DNA from: Pristiophorus japonicus
Lineage: Eukaryota
Reading direction: 5' to 3'
Assembly: GCF_044704955.1 (NCBI RefSeq)
Contig: NC_091977.1
Coordinates: 992,001-1,056,000 of the forward strand
DNA length: 64,000 nt
A model generated the notes under the pieces. It did no database searches. It saw only the letters and a list, made by a program, of their open reading frames with translations, and had not been told where the DNA came from. Positions 25,240 through 39,176 of the stretch are shown here, one piece after another (within the stretch, counting starts at the first letter, position 1; each line of letters opens with the position of its first letter). A program made the translations under genes and the position numbers.

Positions 25240-26515
25240 GGCAGGTACATCACAGTGTTAGATACAGAGTAAAGCTCCCTGTAACTGCCCCATCAAACAC
25301 TCCCCGGGCAGGTACAGCACGGGGTTAGATACAGAGTAAAGCTCCCTGTAACTGTTCCATCAAACACTCCCCGGGCAGGTACAGCATGGGGTTAGATACA
25401 AAGTAAAGCTCCCTGTAACTGTTCCATCAAACACTCCCTGGGCAGGTACAGCACGGGATTAGATACAGAGTAAAGCTCCCTGTAACTGCCCCATCAAACA
25501 CTCCCTGGGCAGGTACAGCACGGGGTTAGATACAGAGTAAAGCTCCGTGTAACTGCCCCATCAAACACTCCCAGGGCAGGTACAGCACGGGGTTAGATAC
25601 AGAGTAAAGCTCCCTGTAACTGTCCCATCAAACACTCCCAGGGCAGGTACAGCACGGGGTTAGATACAGAGTAAAGCTCCCTGTAACTGCCCCATCAAAC
25701 ACTCCCAGGGCAGGTACAGCACGGGGTTAGATACAGAGTAAAGCTCCCTGTAACTGCCCCATCAAACACTCCCAGGGCAAGTACAGCACGGGGTTAGATA
25801 CAGAGTAAAGCTCCCTGTAACTGCCCCATCAAACACTCCCAGGGCAAGTACAGCATGGGGTTAGATACAGAGTAAAGCTCCCTCTGCACTGCCCCATCAA
25901 ACACTCCCAGGGCAGGTACAGCATGGGATAAGATACAGAGTAAAGCTCCCTCTGCACTGCCCCATCAAACACTCCCAGGGCAGGTACAGGGGGTTAGATA
26001 CAGAGTAAAGCTCCCTCTGCACTGCCCCATCAAACACTCCCAGGGCAGGTACAGGGGGTTAGATACAGAGTAAAGCTCCCTCTGCACTGTCCCATCAAAC
26101 ACTCCCAGGGCAGGTACAGCACGGATTAGATACAGAGTAAAGCTCCCTCTACACTGTCCCATCAAACACTCCCAGGGCAGGTACAGCACGGGGTTAGATA
26201 CAGAGTAAAGCTCCCTGTAACTGCCCCATCAAACACTCCCAGGGCAGGTACAGGGGGTTAGATACAGAGTAAAGCTCCCTCTGCACTGCCCCATCAAACA
26301 CTCCCAGGGCAGGTACAGCACGGGTTAGATACAGAGTAAAGCTCCCTGTAACTGCCCCATCAAACACTCCCAGGGCAGGTACAGCACGGGGTTAGATACA
26401 GAGTAAAGCTCCCTCTACACTATCCCATCAAACACTCCCAGGGCAGGTACAGGGGGTTAGATACAGAGTAAAGCTCCCTCTGCACTGCCCCATCAAACAC
26501 TCCCAGGGCAGGTAT
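25240..26515. repeat. ~67-bp tandem repeat, ~19 copies
   Basis: Unit GGGGTTAGATACAGAGTAAAGCTCCCTGTAACTGCCCCATCAAACACTCCCAGGGCAGGTACAGCAC. Confidence 0.96.
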
Positions 26516-26857
26516 CGCACCAAGTGCCCATTCTGAGGAAAATGGTGAGCTTGAACCATTTAATGTGATGATATAGTTTTGCAAGTACAAATACAAATGG
26601 ATCATACAAGCTCTTGTTGTTGAAACGGAAAGATAGTTTAGTTTTTAAACCCCAGATTGAGTTGTTATTTTGTAAATATTCACCTGGAAAAATTGGTTGA
26701 ATGGTGTGAGAATGAAAGAGTGTGGCTGTGATGTAGCGAGAATGGGAAGTGTTTACAGTAAAGAAGCTGGGACAATTAAATTGTGAAGCAATGTCTGCCA
26801 GTGTGCCCTGGGGGTGTTGATAGTCCTGAAAGACAAGAGGGAGATGGGAAAAGATAG

Positions 26858-27273
26858 ATCCATCATCATCATCCTAGGCAGTCTCTTGGAATCGAGGAAG
26901 ACTCTTAAAAATGAGTCCCTAGGTAACTGAACAGTCCAATACGAGAGCCACAGTCCTTGTCACAGGTGGGACAGATATTGGTTGAGGGAAGGGGAGGGTG
27001 GGACAGGTTTGCCGCACGCTCCTTCCGCTGCCTGCGCTTGATTTCTGCATGCTCTCGGCGATGAGACTTGAGGTGCTCAGCGCCCTCCCGGATGCTCTTC
27101 CTCCACTGAGGGCGGTCTTTGGCCAGGGACTCCCAGGTGTCGGTGGGGATGTTGCATTTTATCAGGGAGGCTTTGAGGGTGTCCTTGTAACGTTTCCTCT
27201 GCCCACCTTTGGCTCGTTTGCCATGAAGGAGTTCCGAGTAGAGCGCTTGCTTTGGGAGTCTCGTGTCCAGCAT
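26858..27273 (-). mobile_element. RTE-clade LINE 3' fragment
   Basis: RLPKQALYSELLHGKR...CPTCDKDC...; (CAT)n tail; same family as 10652-12115. Confidence 0.88.
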
Positions 27274-27534
27274 GCGTGTTTGTGCATCTCTTGGGTATGT
27301 TTATTGACATCCCAGACTGTATCAGATGTGTTGGTGTTGTGGTGATGTTACCAGAGGTGTGATCAACCTGCATTAGTTATGTGAAGTTCAAATCCCAGCT
27401 TGGGCTCTTGTAAAGCTGAATTTTTTTAAATACTAAATAAATCTGGTATTAAAAAAACAAAGCAATTTCCCCTCTCGGTCTTTCTCTCTATCCCTCTCTC
27501 TGGGCTGGAAATTCCATAGCTGTACCTGGCCTGG

Positions 27535-27997
27535 GAGATATCTGTACACTGTTTGGTGTACCCTCTCTCGGAGAAATGTCTGTACACTGACTGGTGTCTC
27601 TCAGTCCCTATCCCTCAGGAATATCTGTACACTGACTGCTGTCTCTCAATACCCTCTCTCTCGGGGAGATATCTGTACACTGACTCAATACCCCCTCAGT
27701 CCCTCTTCCTCAGGGATATCTGTACACTGACTGGTGTCTCTCAGTCCCTCTCCCTCAGGGATATCTGTACACTGACTGGTGTCTCTCAGTCCCTCTCCCT
27801 CAGGGATATCTGTACACTGACTGGGGTCTCTCAGTCCCTCTCCCTCAGGGATATCTGTACACTGACTGGGGTCTCTCAGTCCCTCTCCCTCAGGGATATC
27901 TGTACACTGACTGGTGTCTCTCAGTCCTCTCTCTCGGGAACATGTCTGTACACTGACTGGTGTCTCTCAGTCCCTCTCCCTCGGGGAGATATCTGTG
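27535..27997. repeat. 45-bp minisatellite
   Basis: Unit GATATCTGTACACTGACTGGTGTCTCTCAGTCCCTCTCCCTCAGG. Confidence 0.93.
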
Positions 27998-28004
27998 AAG
28001 CGAC

Positions 28005-28675
28005 AGAGGGCTATCGGGAGAGAGTGGGGCAGTAGGATTAGTTTGAGATTGATACAGGGCTATGCGGAGAGAGCGGGGCAGTGGACTTAGGTTTTGGCAG
28101 ACACTGGTATATGGGGAGAGTATGGGGCAGTGGGATTAGTTTGGGATTGATACAGGGCTATGGGGAGAGAGCGGGGCAGTGGGATTAGTTTGGAATTGAT
28201 ACAGGGCCATGGGGAGAGAGCGGGACAGCAGGATTAGTTTGGGATTGATACAGGGCTATGGGGAGAGAGCGGGGCAGTGGGATTAGTTTGGGATTGATAC
28301 AGGGCTATGGGGAGAGACCGGGGCAGTGGGATTAGTTTGGGATTGATACAAGGCTATGGGCAGAGAGTGGGATAGCGGGATTAGTTTGGGATTGATACAA
28401 GGCTATGGGCAGAGAGTGGGATAGCGGGATTAGTTTGGGATTGACATAGGGCCATGGGGAGAGAGCGGGACAGCGGGATTAGTTTGGAATTGATACAGGG
28501 CTATGGGGAGAGACCGGGGCAGTGGGATTAGTTTGGGATTGATACAAGGCTATGGGGAGAGACCGGGGCAGTGGGATTAGTTTGGGATTGATACAAGGCT
28601 ATGGGCAGAGAGTGGGATAGCGGGATTAGTTTGGGATTGACATAGGGCTATGTGAAGAGAGCGGGTCAGTGGGAT
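28005..28675. repeat. 49-bp minisatellite, ~13 copies
   Basis: Unit GGGATTAGTTTGGGATTGATACAGGGCTATGGGGAGAGAGCGGGGCAGT. Confidence 0.93.
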
Positions 28676-29799
28676 GAGGGTTGTACCAGGGGTAACGGAG
28701 AGCGTATTATTTTTAATAGGGACTAGGGAATCAAAGGTGGTGGTGGTGGTGTGGTTGAGCAGATCGGTGGCTGCAGAAATGCCATTGTTAAAAGAGGGCC
28801 AAAGATTGGACCGTTTTGAGTTGATAAGTGCAGTTGTAAGAGAGTTTGGAGAGAGTTTTTTTTCCAGGGACTGATGCAGAAGGAAGTAGGTTTGTCTTGG
28901 GGAAGGTAGGTGTGGGTCTAGAGCGATACAAGGAAATGGTCAGAGATGGCCTCATCTATAATTGACACTGTTGGAGTAACAAGGCAAGGAGAGATTGCAA
29001 GGTCAAGGAGGTTTCCGTGAATATGGGTTGAGGAATTTACATGGAGGGAGTGATTGAGGGAGGACAGGAGGGTCATGAACTCAGAGTGAGTGTGAGATCA
29101 TATGGTGAGTGTGGGCTCACTACAGACCTTTAAAAGGGGAAGTTGAAAAGTTTCTGAGAGGACATTGCCAGTTACAGGGGGTAAGTGGACACTTTAGATT
29201 GTGATGTTACCGGAGCAACAGTGCTCTCCCTGGAGCCTCAGAAAGTTGGAGAGCAATTGCCCGGAGGCTTTTCCTGAATTGGCCACGTTTCTTTGTATGT
29301 TCTGAGAGATAGTGTTACTGGAAGGTGGGACAGGAACATGCGAGGTTATTCTGTCAGAGTCTTTCTCTACTGATAGTCTTTTTGTACATTTGTATGTACA
29401 GACTGGGAATTGTCTCTGGGACCTGCCTGGTGTGTGGCTCAGAGAGTTCACCCAGTCAATAACTGAGCCCAAGGACAATCCCCAGTCAGAAGCTGGCAAG
29501 ATGGTGCAGTTTATTGATTGGATCTGGCGCTGGCTCCCATGGAATACACTCATTTTGATCAATTTGTCCTGGGGGCCAGAGATTCTGTTCCCTTGCAGGG
29601 TCTGCCCTTCTCACCCTAAATTCCAGTTGGACAATGGACAAAATGTTGGAATGAAAAATAAAGATTGCCTAAAAAATGTAGGCTCGTCTTTAATCTTCAA
29701 ATGACTCCTGTGAGCTTCTGAAGTCGGACCGATGACCTCCCCCCCCACCCCCCACACACCCTTTTTACCCCCCCCTCCTTTCTGTCTTGGCTAAAAATC

Positions 29800-31990
29800 C
29801 TATATCCTGTAACCAGGAATCTTGATCTGCCAAACCTGCCCCTCTTTCAGCCATGTTTCTGTAATGGCTATAATGTCATACTCCCAAGGGTCTACCTGTG
29901 CTCTTATCTCATCTGCCTTAATCGCTATACTCCTTGTATTAAAGTATATACCATTTAGCACAGGAAGACCTACTTGATTATTACTTAGTAACCCTTGTTT
30001 CCTCTGCCTTACAGATTCGCTTTCTAAATTCTTGCTATCCAATTTCTGCTTTACTTCCTTCCCTATTGAATGTGTTCTCAGGTTCCCAACCCCCTGCCAA
30101 GCTAGTTTAAACTCGTAAAGTGGAAAAACTCTATCTGCATCCGGTCTATCAAAACCTTTCATAATTTTAAAGACCTCTATCAGGTTACTCCACAGCCTTT
30201 TATCAAGCAAAAAGAGACCCAGCCTGTTCATCCTTTCCTAATAGGTATACCCTCACATTTCTCGTATCATCCTTGTAAATCTTCTCTGAACCCTCTCCAG
30301 TGCCTCTAAATCTTTCTATAATAAGGTGGCCAGAATTGTATGCAGTATTCCAAGTGTGTTCTAACTAAGCTTCGATACAAGTTTAGCATAACTTCAATAC
30401 TTTTAAATTCTATCCCTCTGGAAATAAACCCTAGTGCTTGGTTTGCTTTTTTTTAATGGCCTTGTTAACTTGTGTTGCTACTGTTAGCAGTTTGTGTATG
30501 TGTACTCCAAGATCCCTTTGTTCCTCTACCCCACCCAGACTCCAAGTAATAAGTGGCCTCCCTATTCTTCTTACCAAAATGTAATACCTCACATTTAACT
30601 GTGTTGAAATTCATTTGCCAATTCGATGCCCATTCTACAAGTTTATTAATGCTTTCCTGTAATTTGTTGTAGTCCTCCTCAGAATTGACTACCCTGCCAA
30701 TTTGGTGTCATCGGCAAATTTAGAAATTGTGTTTTTGATTCCAATGTCTAAATGGTTAATATAAATTGTGACCAGCAGTGGTGCTAGTACCGATCCTTGT
30801 GGAACACCATTACCCTCCTTCTGACACTCTCTGTTTTCTGTCTTGAAGCCAGCTAGCTATCCATTCTGCTACTTGTCGCCTGACCGCATTCTCTGACCTT
30901 GTTCATCAGTCTATTTTGTGGTACCTTATCGAAGGCCTTTTGATAATCTAGAATCATAGAATCATAGAAGTTTACAGCACGGAAGGAGGCCATTTCAGCC
31001 CATCGTGTCCGCGCCGGCCAACAAAGGGGCTATCCAGCCGAATCCCACTTTCCAGCTTTTGGTCCATAGCCCTGCAGGTTACGGCACTTCAGGTGCACAT
31101 CCAAATACTTTTCAAATGTGGTGAGGGTTTCTGCCTCTACCACCCTTTCAGGCTGTGAGTTCCAGACCCCACAACCCTCTGTGAAGACATTTCCCCTCAA
31201 ATCCTCTCTAAACCTTCTACCAATTACTTTAATTTTATGGTCCTGGTTGTTGACCCCTTTGCTAAGGGAAGTAGGCCCTTTCTATCCACTCTATCTAGGC
31301 CCCTCATAATTTTATACACCTCAATGACCTGATTGAGGATTGTGAATCATTAGCTCTTGCATTCCTGTTGGGATGAAACTGAATTGTTCCTCAGCGAACT
31401 TCTGTAGTATTTCTTGTTGCTTCACTATCAATGCGCTTTCCAATTTTTTCTTCTGTGCAAGTGCAATCATACCCTCAACCTCCTCTGTTCCAAGGAAAAC
31501 AGACCCCAGCCTATCCAATCTGTCCTCATAGCTAAGACTCTCCAGTCCCGGCAACATCCTCGACAATCTCCTCTGTACCCTCTCCAGTGCAATCACGTCC
31601 TTCCTGTAATGTGTTGACCAGAACTGCACGCAGTACTCCAGCTGTGGCCTAACCAGTGTTTTATACAATTCAAGCATAACCCACCTGCTCTTATATTCTA
31701 TGCCTCAGCTAATAAAGGTAAGCATTCTGTATGCCTTCTTAACCACCTTGGTCCCGATATGGACCATCTCTCCCCAGAATGCCCTGCAGCCGCTCAGTGA
31801 TATCCTTGACACCGGCACCAGGGAGGTGGCATCACGCCTGCGGCCGCAGAAACACCTGTCTGCTCCCCTGACTATCGAATCCCCTAACACTATAGTTCTT
31901 CCATTCTTCTTCCTTCCCGCCCTGTGCAGCTGAGCCACCCATGGTGCCGTGGACTTAGCTCTGGCTGCACTCCACAGAGACACCACCGGT
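29800..31990 (-). mobile_element. Cluster of CR1-type LINE fragments (endonuclease, RT and ORF1 esterase pieces)
   Basis: IIAITETWL; [13 protein letters not shown]; IVLGDSIVRG (SGNH esterase-like ORF1); (ATCATAGA)n tail near 30950. Confidence 0.8.
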
Positions 31991-33169
31991 ACTCAGATGG
32001 TCCCGGTGGTGTGGACTGGAATGGCAGAGACTGGCTGGCTGGTGGCCTTAACCAACCTGTCCCACTCTACACCATCGGGGCAACAACCAGAGCGTCCACT
32101 CATGAGACTTTCCTGTTTAGTCCCAAGGTGGACCTCTGGCCAGCATTGCTTGGAGATGACTGCACAGACTGGGCTTTGCCCAGTGCCAGTGCTGTTAACT
32201 CAAAGCAGTGCCGAACTGAGCCTGGAGTTGGAGCAGGGTTGGTGCTTGATGCCGATGCAGGGACATGAGGGCTAGATGGGTCTGTGGAGGTGGTGGGGGG
32301 GGGTGAAAGGGTGGGGGCGCATATTGGTTATTGGTCAAATTAAAAACAAATGATCGGATGTAGAGTTGGCACTGAGAAATGGATGGGACACAGAGGGATG
32401 GTGTGAGGAGAATTTCAGTTGCATTGTTCCCCTTTTGGACTGTACAGCCACCTAAGAACTCATGCTAAGAGTGGAAGCAAGTTTTCCTCGATTCCGAAGG
32501 ACTGCCTATGATGATGATGTTCCCCTTTTGTGGTATCTCTGCTGGCTTTGATTTGATTTCTGTCACAATGTGCTCTCTCTTGTGTATCTGATCCACTTGT
32601 CTTTGTGATTTCATTACTCACAACTTTTGACTGTAAGTACTTTGATAAAACCATCTATTTCCGCTCTCTCATTCTGACGCCAACCGTGTACCTCTAGCAG
32701 AAGAAGAAATTACAGATTTAAAAAACCTCTCAACATTGCAAAAAACAACTACAGGTACTCTAGAGCTACCCTTGTATAGTAAACCATTTAAACTGTAAAT
32801 GCTTACAAGAGATTCTGGGTGCAAAAGCCCAACTTGTTTCTTTTCATGTAATGTTACTGGTCACACATTCTGATGCCATCTGAGTATTAAAGGTTCTGGA
32901 GTTGGGCAATGTTCACCTTCAGAATCCGCGAGATGGTCCAGAATGGGTGCAATGCCATCAGGTGAACCAGCATGACTGCCACAACGAGCTTCTCTGACAC
33001 CATTGGAGGGATTTTGGTGGCAGTACCTGAGCCAGCTGACCTAGGAGGAGGTCCTTGGCAAGGATCCAGGGATTGGCAAGATCAGAGGACACCAGTCACA
33101 CCTGGGATAAGACTTCCTCATTGAGTCCTTGTCCCACAGATTATCCCAGGGTCTGGGACCAGCTGATCA

Positions 33170-33530
33170 GATGCACCGTCTACAAGATGCACTGCAGCAA
33201 CTCGCCAAGGCTTCTTCGGCAGCACCTCTCAAACCCGCGGCCTCTACCACCTAGAAGGACAAGGGCAGCAGGCACATGGGAACACCATCAGCTCCACGTT
33301 CCCCTCCTAGTCACATACCATCCTGATATGGAAGCATATCGCTGTTCATTCATCGTCGCTGGATCAAAATCCTGGAACCCCCTCCCTAACAGCACTGTGG
33401 GATAACCTTCACCACACGGACTGCAGCGGTTCAAGAAGGTGGCTCACCATCACCTTCTCAAGGGGCAATTAGGGATGGGCAATAAATGCTGATTTTGCCA
33501 GCGACGCCCACATCCAATGAACGAATTTAA
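33170..33530 (+). mobile_element. LINE 3'-end fragment; other copies at 38290-38495(-), 49040-49350(+) and 59300-59770(-)
   Basis: Shared sequence such as CACAGCACTGTGGG...CACCACACGGACTGCAGCGGTTCAAGAAGG recurs across the copies. Confidence 0.75.
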
Positions 33531-34980
33531 AAAAAAATCAAAACAATGAACGTGCACTGATCTGGTTTTAGTTTGCAGGATTTGAGCATTGATGTCTGCA
33601 CGGTCACTGCAGTGGACTATGCTGTTACATACTCTGACTTTAATGGGGAATTATACAAGCTGGAATAAACAAACTTTCTATACCAACAGCCTTCTGACTG
33701 TCAGCTGGTTGGCCATGATTCCATTGTTCACGCTCCCTTCACCAGGTCTTCTAGCCGGCCACATTCACTCCTAGAGAGATCACAGTCAGTGCAGCTCGCT
33801 CTCCTTCACTTAAACTGGTGGTGCCTCAAGTTACCGCTTTTAACAAACCTATTGTGAGGTCTGATCTCACTGTGATGCACAGTGTAGGGTCAGGCTTACC
33901 CTGTGATGTACAGATTGACCCATCCAGTTAAAGGGGCCCCACCTTGATGCAACTGTGTTTGGCAAAAACCCTTTGGCTTTAGGTTACAATGATTGGATGG
34001 GCTAGATTGCAATAACAGGTTTGCATACGGTTACGACCCAGAGAAGAGGGTGCAGGGCGATGGGCAGGGATGGCATTGTTTGCCTTCTCCGTGTCCCCAT
34101 CTCTGGGTGGAGGATGATTCCAGCGCTCCAATCTCCTTCTGAAGCAGCGTTTGTGTTTCTTGGGTTTGGAGCGCTGTAGAGCTGGACGCTCAAATCAAGA
34201 GTGGTGCAGCACAGCATTGATCAGGACACACTGATGCTGTGTCGGTGCCAGGGAGATGGAGGAGCTGGGGGGGGGGAAGCTTTATATGGAGCTGAGACCA
34301 ATTCTTGCTGGACTCTGTGTTGCTGGAGCCAGGGCTTTTCAATTAGACTTGCCCGAGAGAAAGGTCACGGGGGATGAACCAGTTCCTTTAATCTCTGTTG
34401 TGTAGTTGCAGGTAGCTGAGAGTGAATGTCTGTCTGGGACTTTAGAGTGGGTCCCAGTAAGGATTTGTGACTATTGCCCATCTGCCAGACTATGCTGAGC
34501 AATGCCATGGGAGATGGACCAATGATAAGTGGTTGTCTACATTTTCAGAGCAGAGAGAGAGAGCACGCAGTGATGGATCTGAGAGTGGGGCTCAGTAACC
34601 AGGCTGCAGGCCCCAGACTACCTATGAGCAATGCCAGGGATAATCTGCCAACAACAAAATGAACTATTCCATCCTACTGTGCATCAGTATTACTGTATCT
34701 GTTAAACTGTTCATATTGCTCATTCTGACTTTCACAAAACATGATAGAAGATCAATAGGTTAATACCAACCTTTCAAAGCTCACAACCTTCTCTCTAATC
34801 TGCTGGTTGATGTTTTCATTGTTTGTGTTCCCTTCACAAAGCAAAGATGTTGAGATATTGCAGCCGGCCACATTCACTCCGAGATAGATCAGCCAGTTAG
34901 TCACAGTGCAGCTCACTTTCCTTCACTTAAACTGATGGTGGAGCGCCTGGCACCTCAACTTACCCCTGTTTACAAACCTG

Positions 34981-35815
34981 CTGACAACAGTCTGAGCCTC
35001 CAATGACCACAAGCTGAGATTGCCTGACAACAGTCTGAGGATCCAATGACCACAAGCTGAGATTACCTGACAACAGTCTGAGGATCCAATGACCACAAGC
35101 TGAGATTACCTGACAACAGTCTGAGGATCCAATGACCACAAGCTGAGATTACCTGACAACAGTCTGAGGATCCAATGACCACAAGCTGAGATTACCTGAC
35201 AACAGTCTGAGGATCCAATGACCACAAGCTGAGATTGCCTGACAACAGTCTGAGCCTCCAATGACCACAAGCTGAGATTACCTGACAACAGTCTGAGGAT
35301 CCAATGACCACAAGCTGAGATTGCCTGACAACAGTCTGAGGATCCAATGACCACACGCTGAGATTACCTGACAACAGTCTGAGGATCCAATGACCACAAG
35401 CTGAGATTGCCTGACAACAGTCTGAGGATCCAATGACCACAAGCTGAGATTACCTGACAACAGTCTGAGGATCCAATGACCACAAGCTGAGATTACCTGA
35501 CAACAGCCTGAGGATCCACTGACCACACGCTGAGATTGCCTGACAACAGTCTGAGGATCCAATCACCACAAGCTGAGATTGCCTGACAACAGTCTGAGCC
35601 TCCAATGATCACAAGCTGAGATTACCTGACAACAGTCTGAGCTGCCAATGACCACAAGCTGAGATTGCCTGACAACAGTCTGAGGATCCAATGACCACAA
35701 GCTGAGATTGCCTGACAACAGTCTGAGGATCCAATGACCACAAGCTGAGATTGCCTGACAACAGTCTGAGGATCCAATGACCACAAGCTGAGATTGCCTG
35801 ACAACAGTCTGAGCT
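34981..35815. repeat. 43-bp minisatellite, ~19 copies
   Basis: Unit CTGACAACAGTCTGAGGATCCAATGACCACAAGCTGAGATTAC. Confidence 0.96.
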
Positions 35816-36850
35816 TCCTCTGCAACACTCAGACTTTGGGTGGGTGCTGCTTGTGTTGCAATGGATGCTGGGACATTGGCCATCAGACGCTGTGTCCTGG
35901 TTGGTTTCACAGGTGTGCTGCTGGAGGTAGCCACCCGTTCCATGTTGGAAATGATGGGCTCCAAGCTCTGCACAAAGCCCTGTGCCAAGTTAGTGCCTGA
36001 GTTGTCCATGCTCCTTAACATTGAAGGTAGGCTTCTGGCAGGCTTTCCGGTGTGTCCACCCAGCAGCCTCTGGTGTAGCCTGGCCCATCGAAGTCATTAG
36101 CTGAGTCCTCTGTATCAGAACTAGTGCGTGACCACAACCTGCGGCGAGCTGCTACCTGAGCTGTCATTTCCCCCTGCCCTGGCTGCAGCGCACTTGTGCC
36201 CAGTGTCTCACCGTGTGCAGATCCCACCTCTTTCCTCTCGCAATTACACACAATGTCAGTATGTGAGCTGGTGGCTGCGACTGTGAAACCCAGTGACGGT
36301 GTGTCTTCCTGCTCTGCCTCCACTGTCTGGGCAGCTTGTCGTTCCTGGCTATTTCAAATGAAAAGTGACACGTGAAGGGTTGTGGTGAGGGGCGAGGAGA
36401 AAGTAAGAAGTGCTTGTTTACACCATCTGCAGCTTCTCAGTCAGAAGAGATTGTGGGATGGGACAGAGGTGGGATGAGAGAAGGAGGATTAGGAATGTGG
36501 ATACCCTTATCTTCAATGGTCTCAGCCCCGCTGGTGGCCACGGCCTCAACAATGGCCCTTCCCAAAATGGCCAGCATCGTATCTCCATAGAGGTTCCAAC
36601 ATGCAGGCACGCCTCACCCTCTCCGGTTAGTCCCTGCTTCATCCGGTTCTGCATTACCTTCTCCACCGAGAAAGATGGAAGTGTGTCAGTGAGTATTGTG
36701 CAATCTGTCCGGGTGATGTGACTGACATGGTTGAATAGCTGCCTGTGTGTGCAAGCTGTGAGATGTAGGTTGGAGGATTGCAAAAGTGCTAAGTGTGTGA
36801 GGGTGAGGTGAAACACATGAATGTTTGGGTTGAGTCCTGATTGATAGAGA
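35815..36850 (-). mobile_element. Probable decayed Harbinger Myb/SANT-type accessory gene fragment
   Basis: Broken ORFs with exon-like pieces, resembling in composition the accessory gene at 39177-41000; no diagnostic motif. Confidence 0.35.
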
Positions 36851-38667
36851 TTAGAACGCTCTATCACGTTCTCAGGGGTTATTCAATTTAACCCCTACTG
36901 CCTTTCAAGAATTCTGTTTGGAAATATTTAAACGGAAGGATTACTTCCCATTTACAGTTACCTGGGCCTTGACAGTTCAGTGAAGGATGTAAATGTGGTT
37001 AATGCGAAACAGTGACACTAAGATAACTATCTACTGCTTTGGGTCTCTCACATGACCAAAGTCAGGACCAATTAAACAAGCCCACCACCATTTCATTATT
37101 GTCCGACATTTCAAAGATTTATAAGAAAACATTTTAGCTCGTGTTTCGGAGTTGGTATTCTACGTTTTATTTGTAACACTAAATATAAAAATGATTAGTT
37201 TCACCTAACTTTCAGACACAAGACTCTGTATATAAGGTGTCAGCCGTGGCTCAGTGGAACACTCTCACAGATACGTTTGTGTATCTTTAAGGGAAAATTG
37301 GATAAATATTTGAAGCGGGGTAAGATTTCGGGCTGTGAGAGAGAGTGGGGCAGTGGGATTAGTTTTTGGATTGTTCGAGCAAAGTGTTGGCACAGACACA
37401 ACGGGACAACTTGCTCTGATGTAATCTTCAATGTCTCTATAGAAAGGAGTGACGCCATTGAAGAATTTAGTGAGCAATTATCTTTGTATCCATCAGAGAG
37501 AACCGAATCCTGGAGCGAATCAGTTACTTGTATAGATTCTGCCTGAGATGTAGAGAACAAGAAATGCTGCTGAGAGAATAAGCACAAAGTGGGGGATCTT
37601 GTACAAGGAATGGTGTCTCTTCAGCTTCACTCCAACCCAGTTCCACACACGCACACACGTGTATGTGCATGCACACACGCATTGGAGAGAAAGAACTGGT
37701 ACTTATATACTGTGCTTGAAATCAAGACAGCATTTAACCAAGTGAGGCAGTAAGGAGCCCCTGTAAAACTGGTATCAGTGGGAATGAGCGACGACGATGG
37801 TTGTGACAATTTCAAGCCAATCATCTCAACCCTATGACATCGCTGCCCACCATATTGGAAGATTAGGGATCCAGCTTGTGCCCAAAAAATGGGCGCTGCC
37901 CCATTGAGTTTCTTGGCCTATGAGTCTCAGCCTCAAGATAGCTTGCAACTCCAGGCTGCTGATTTGATACAACCTCATTTACAAAGAGTTTCATTGGTCA
38001 CTACAGAGAGCACCAATCTGAGGGAAGGCTGCCAAATAGATCACACAACTGAGGTGCAAAATGGAGCGGTGGTCAGGTGTGATGGAACTAAGTTAACTCT
38101 GATTTGGCTCAGTGTTAGTGATAGTCACACCAAGACTTTCCTTTTGCTAACTAGTTCTTTTAACCCCAATCTCGACCAGTAGTTTATGTTTTTACATCAG
38201 TTTGTGAGATGGTATCCTGTAATACCTTTTTGCCGGGGTGCATAACGGCCTGGTAAAGGTCTTTCAAATATATTTCATTAATAATTCTTCTCGGGATATG
38301 GGCGTCGCTGGTAAGGCTGGCATTTTTGCCCATCTCTAGTTGCCCTTGAGAAGCTGGTGATGGGCCGCCTTCTTGAACCGCTGCAGTCCGTGTGGCAAAG
38401 ATATTCCTACAATGCCCTTAGGGAGGGAGTTCAAGAATATAGACAGGGTGACATGTGACTTGGAGGGGAACTTGGAGGCGATGGTGTTCCCATGCGTGAG
38501 GAAATCATTTGGTAAGCTGTTTTATCTGTTTTATTTTTCTTCACAGTCCGAAGTGTTAAACATATTGAAGAAATGTGCCTCAGTTTTACGTCTGGTGGTT
38601 TTCTGGTACAATATATATCTGTATCTATGTGTGTATTTCTTACAGGGAAAGAGAGTGAATCTGTGAA

Positions 38668-38755
38668 ATGAGTCGACGATTTGTCTGCAGCAAAATGCCA
38701 GCTGGTTTGATGTTCAGTTTCTGTGTGTTTCTCCTTCCGTCTGTTCTCACACACA
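38668..38755 (+). CDS. Ig-superfamily receptor, signal-peptide exon
   Basis: MSRRFVCSKMPAGLMFSFCVFLLPSVLTH has a hydrophobic core; acceptor TTTCTTACAG ends at 38645; donor GTAAGT at 38756 is phase 1 and matches the next exon. Confidence 0.7.
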
Positions 38756-39176
38756 GTAAGTGTCTTATTTTCACCAATCACAGTTTTACTGTATCACTGT
38801 TTAATGAATTCATTCAGCGGGTATTCAGGAAGTACGTAAGGTCTATAGCCTCAAATTTCCCCAATGCCGTTTTTTAGCGTATTGCCAGAGTTACGCCTCA
38901 ACTCCAAAAAAATAAGTAGCAAGTTTCCCCGTTCTATTGTTTGAAATTGGGGCCACGCAGCCTGCCCTGTATCTTCAGGAGGTGGAGCCTAATGTCTCCA
39001 CCGAAAAAACAATGCCCCCCTTCTGCGCATGCGTGAAAAAAATGGACGTTTTTGACGTGATTGCTATGGGCGCGCATGTACAGGACAGCTCTCGGTCTGC
39101 TTTCGGCCATTTGTAAAGGACCAGTTGGGTGTGAGAACTTTAATTCTCATTGGAAAAATCCGAGCTGCAATACAAG

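Noticed and set aside
25240-26515. CRISPR-like regular array (also 34981-35815 and 44675-45538)
   Set aside because: Head-to-tail units with no unique spacers, no cas genes, and a vertebrate context
37228-37265. TATA box for the Ig gene
   Set aside because: The TATA-like motif abuts a SINE-head/LINE remnant and there is no support for a start site; a possible 5' UTR donor at 38512 is likewise unverified
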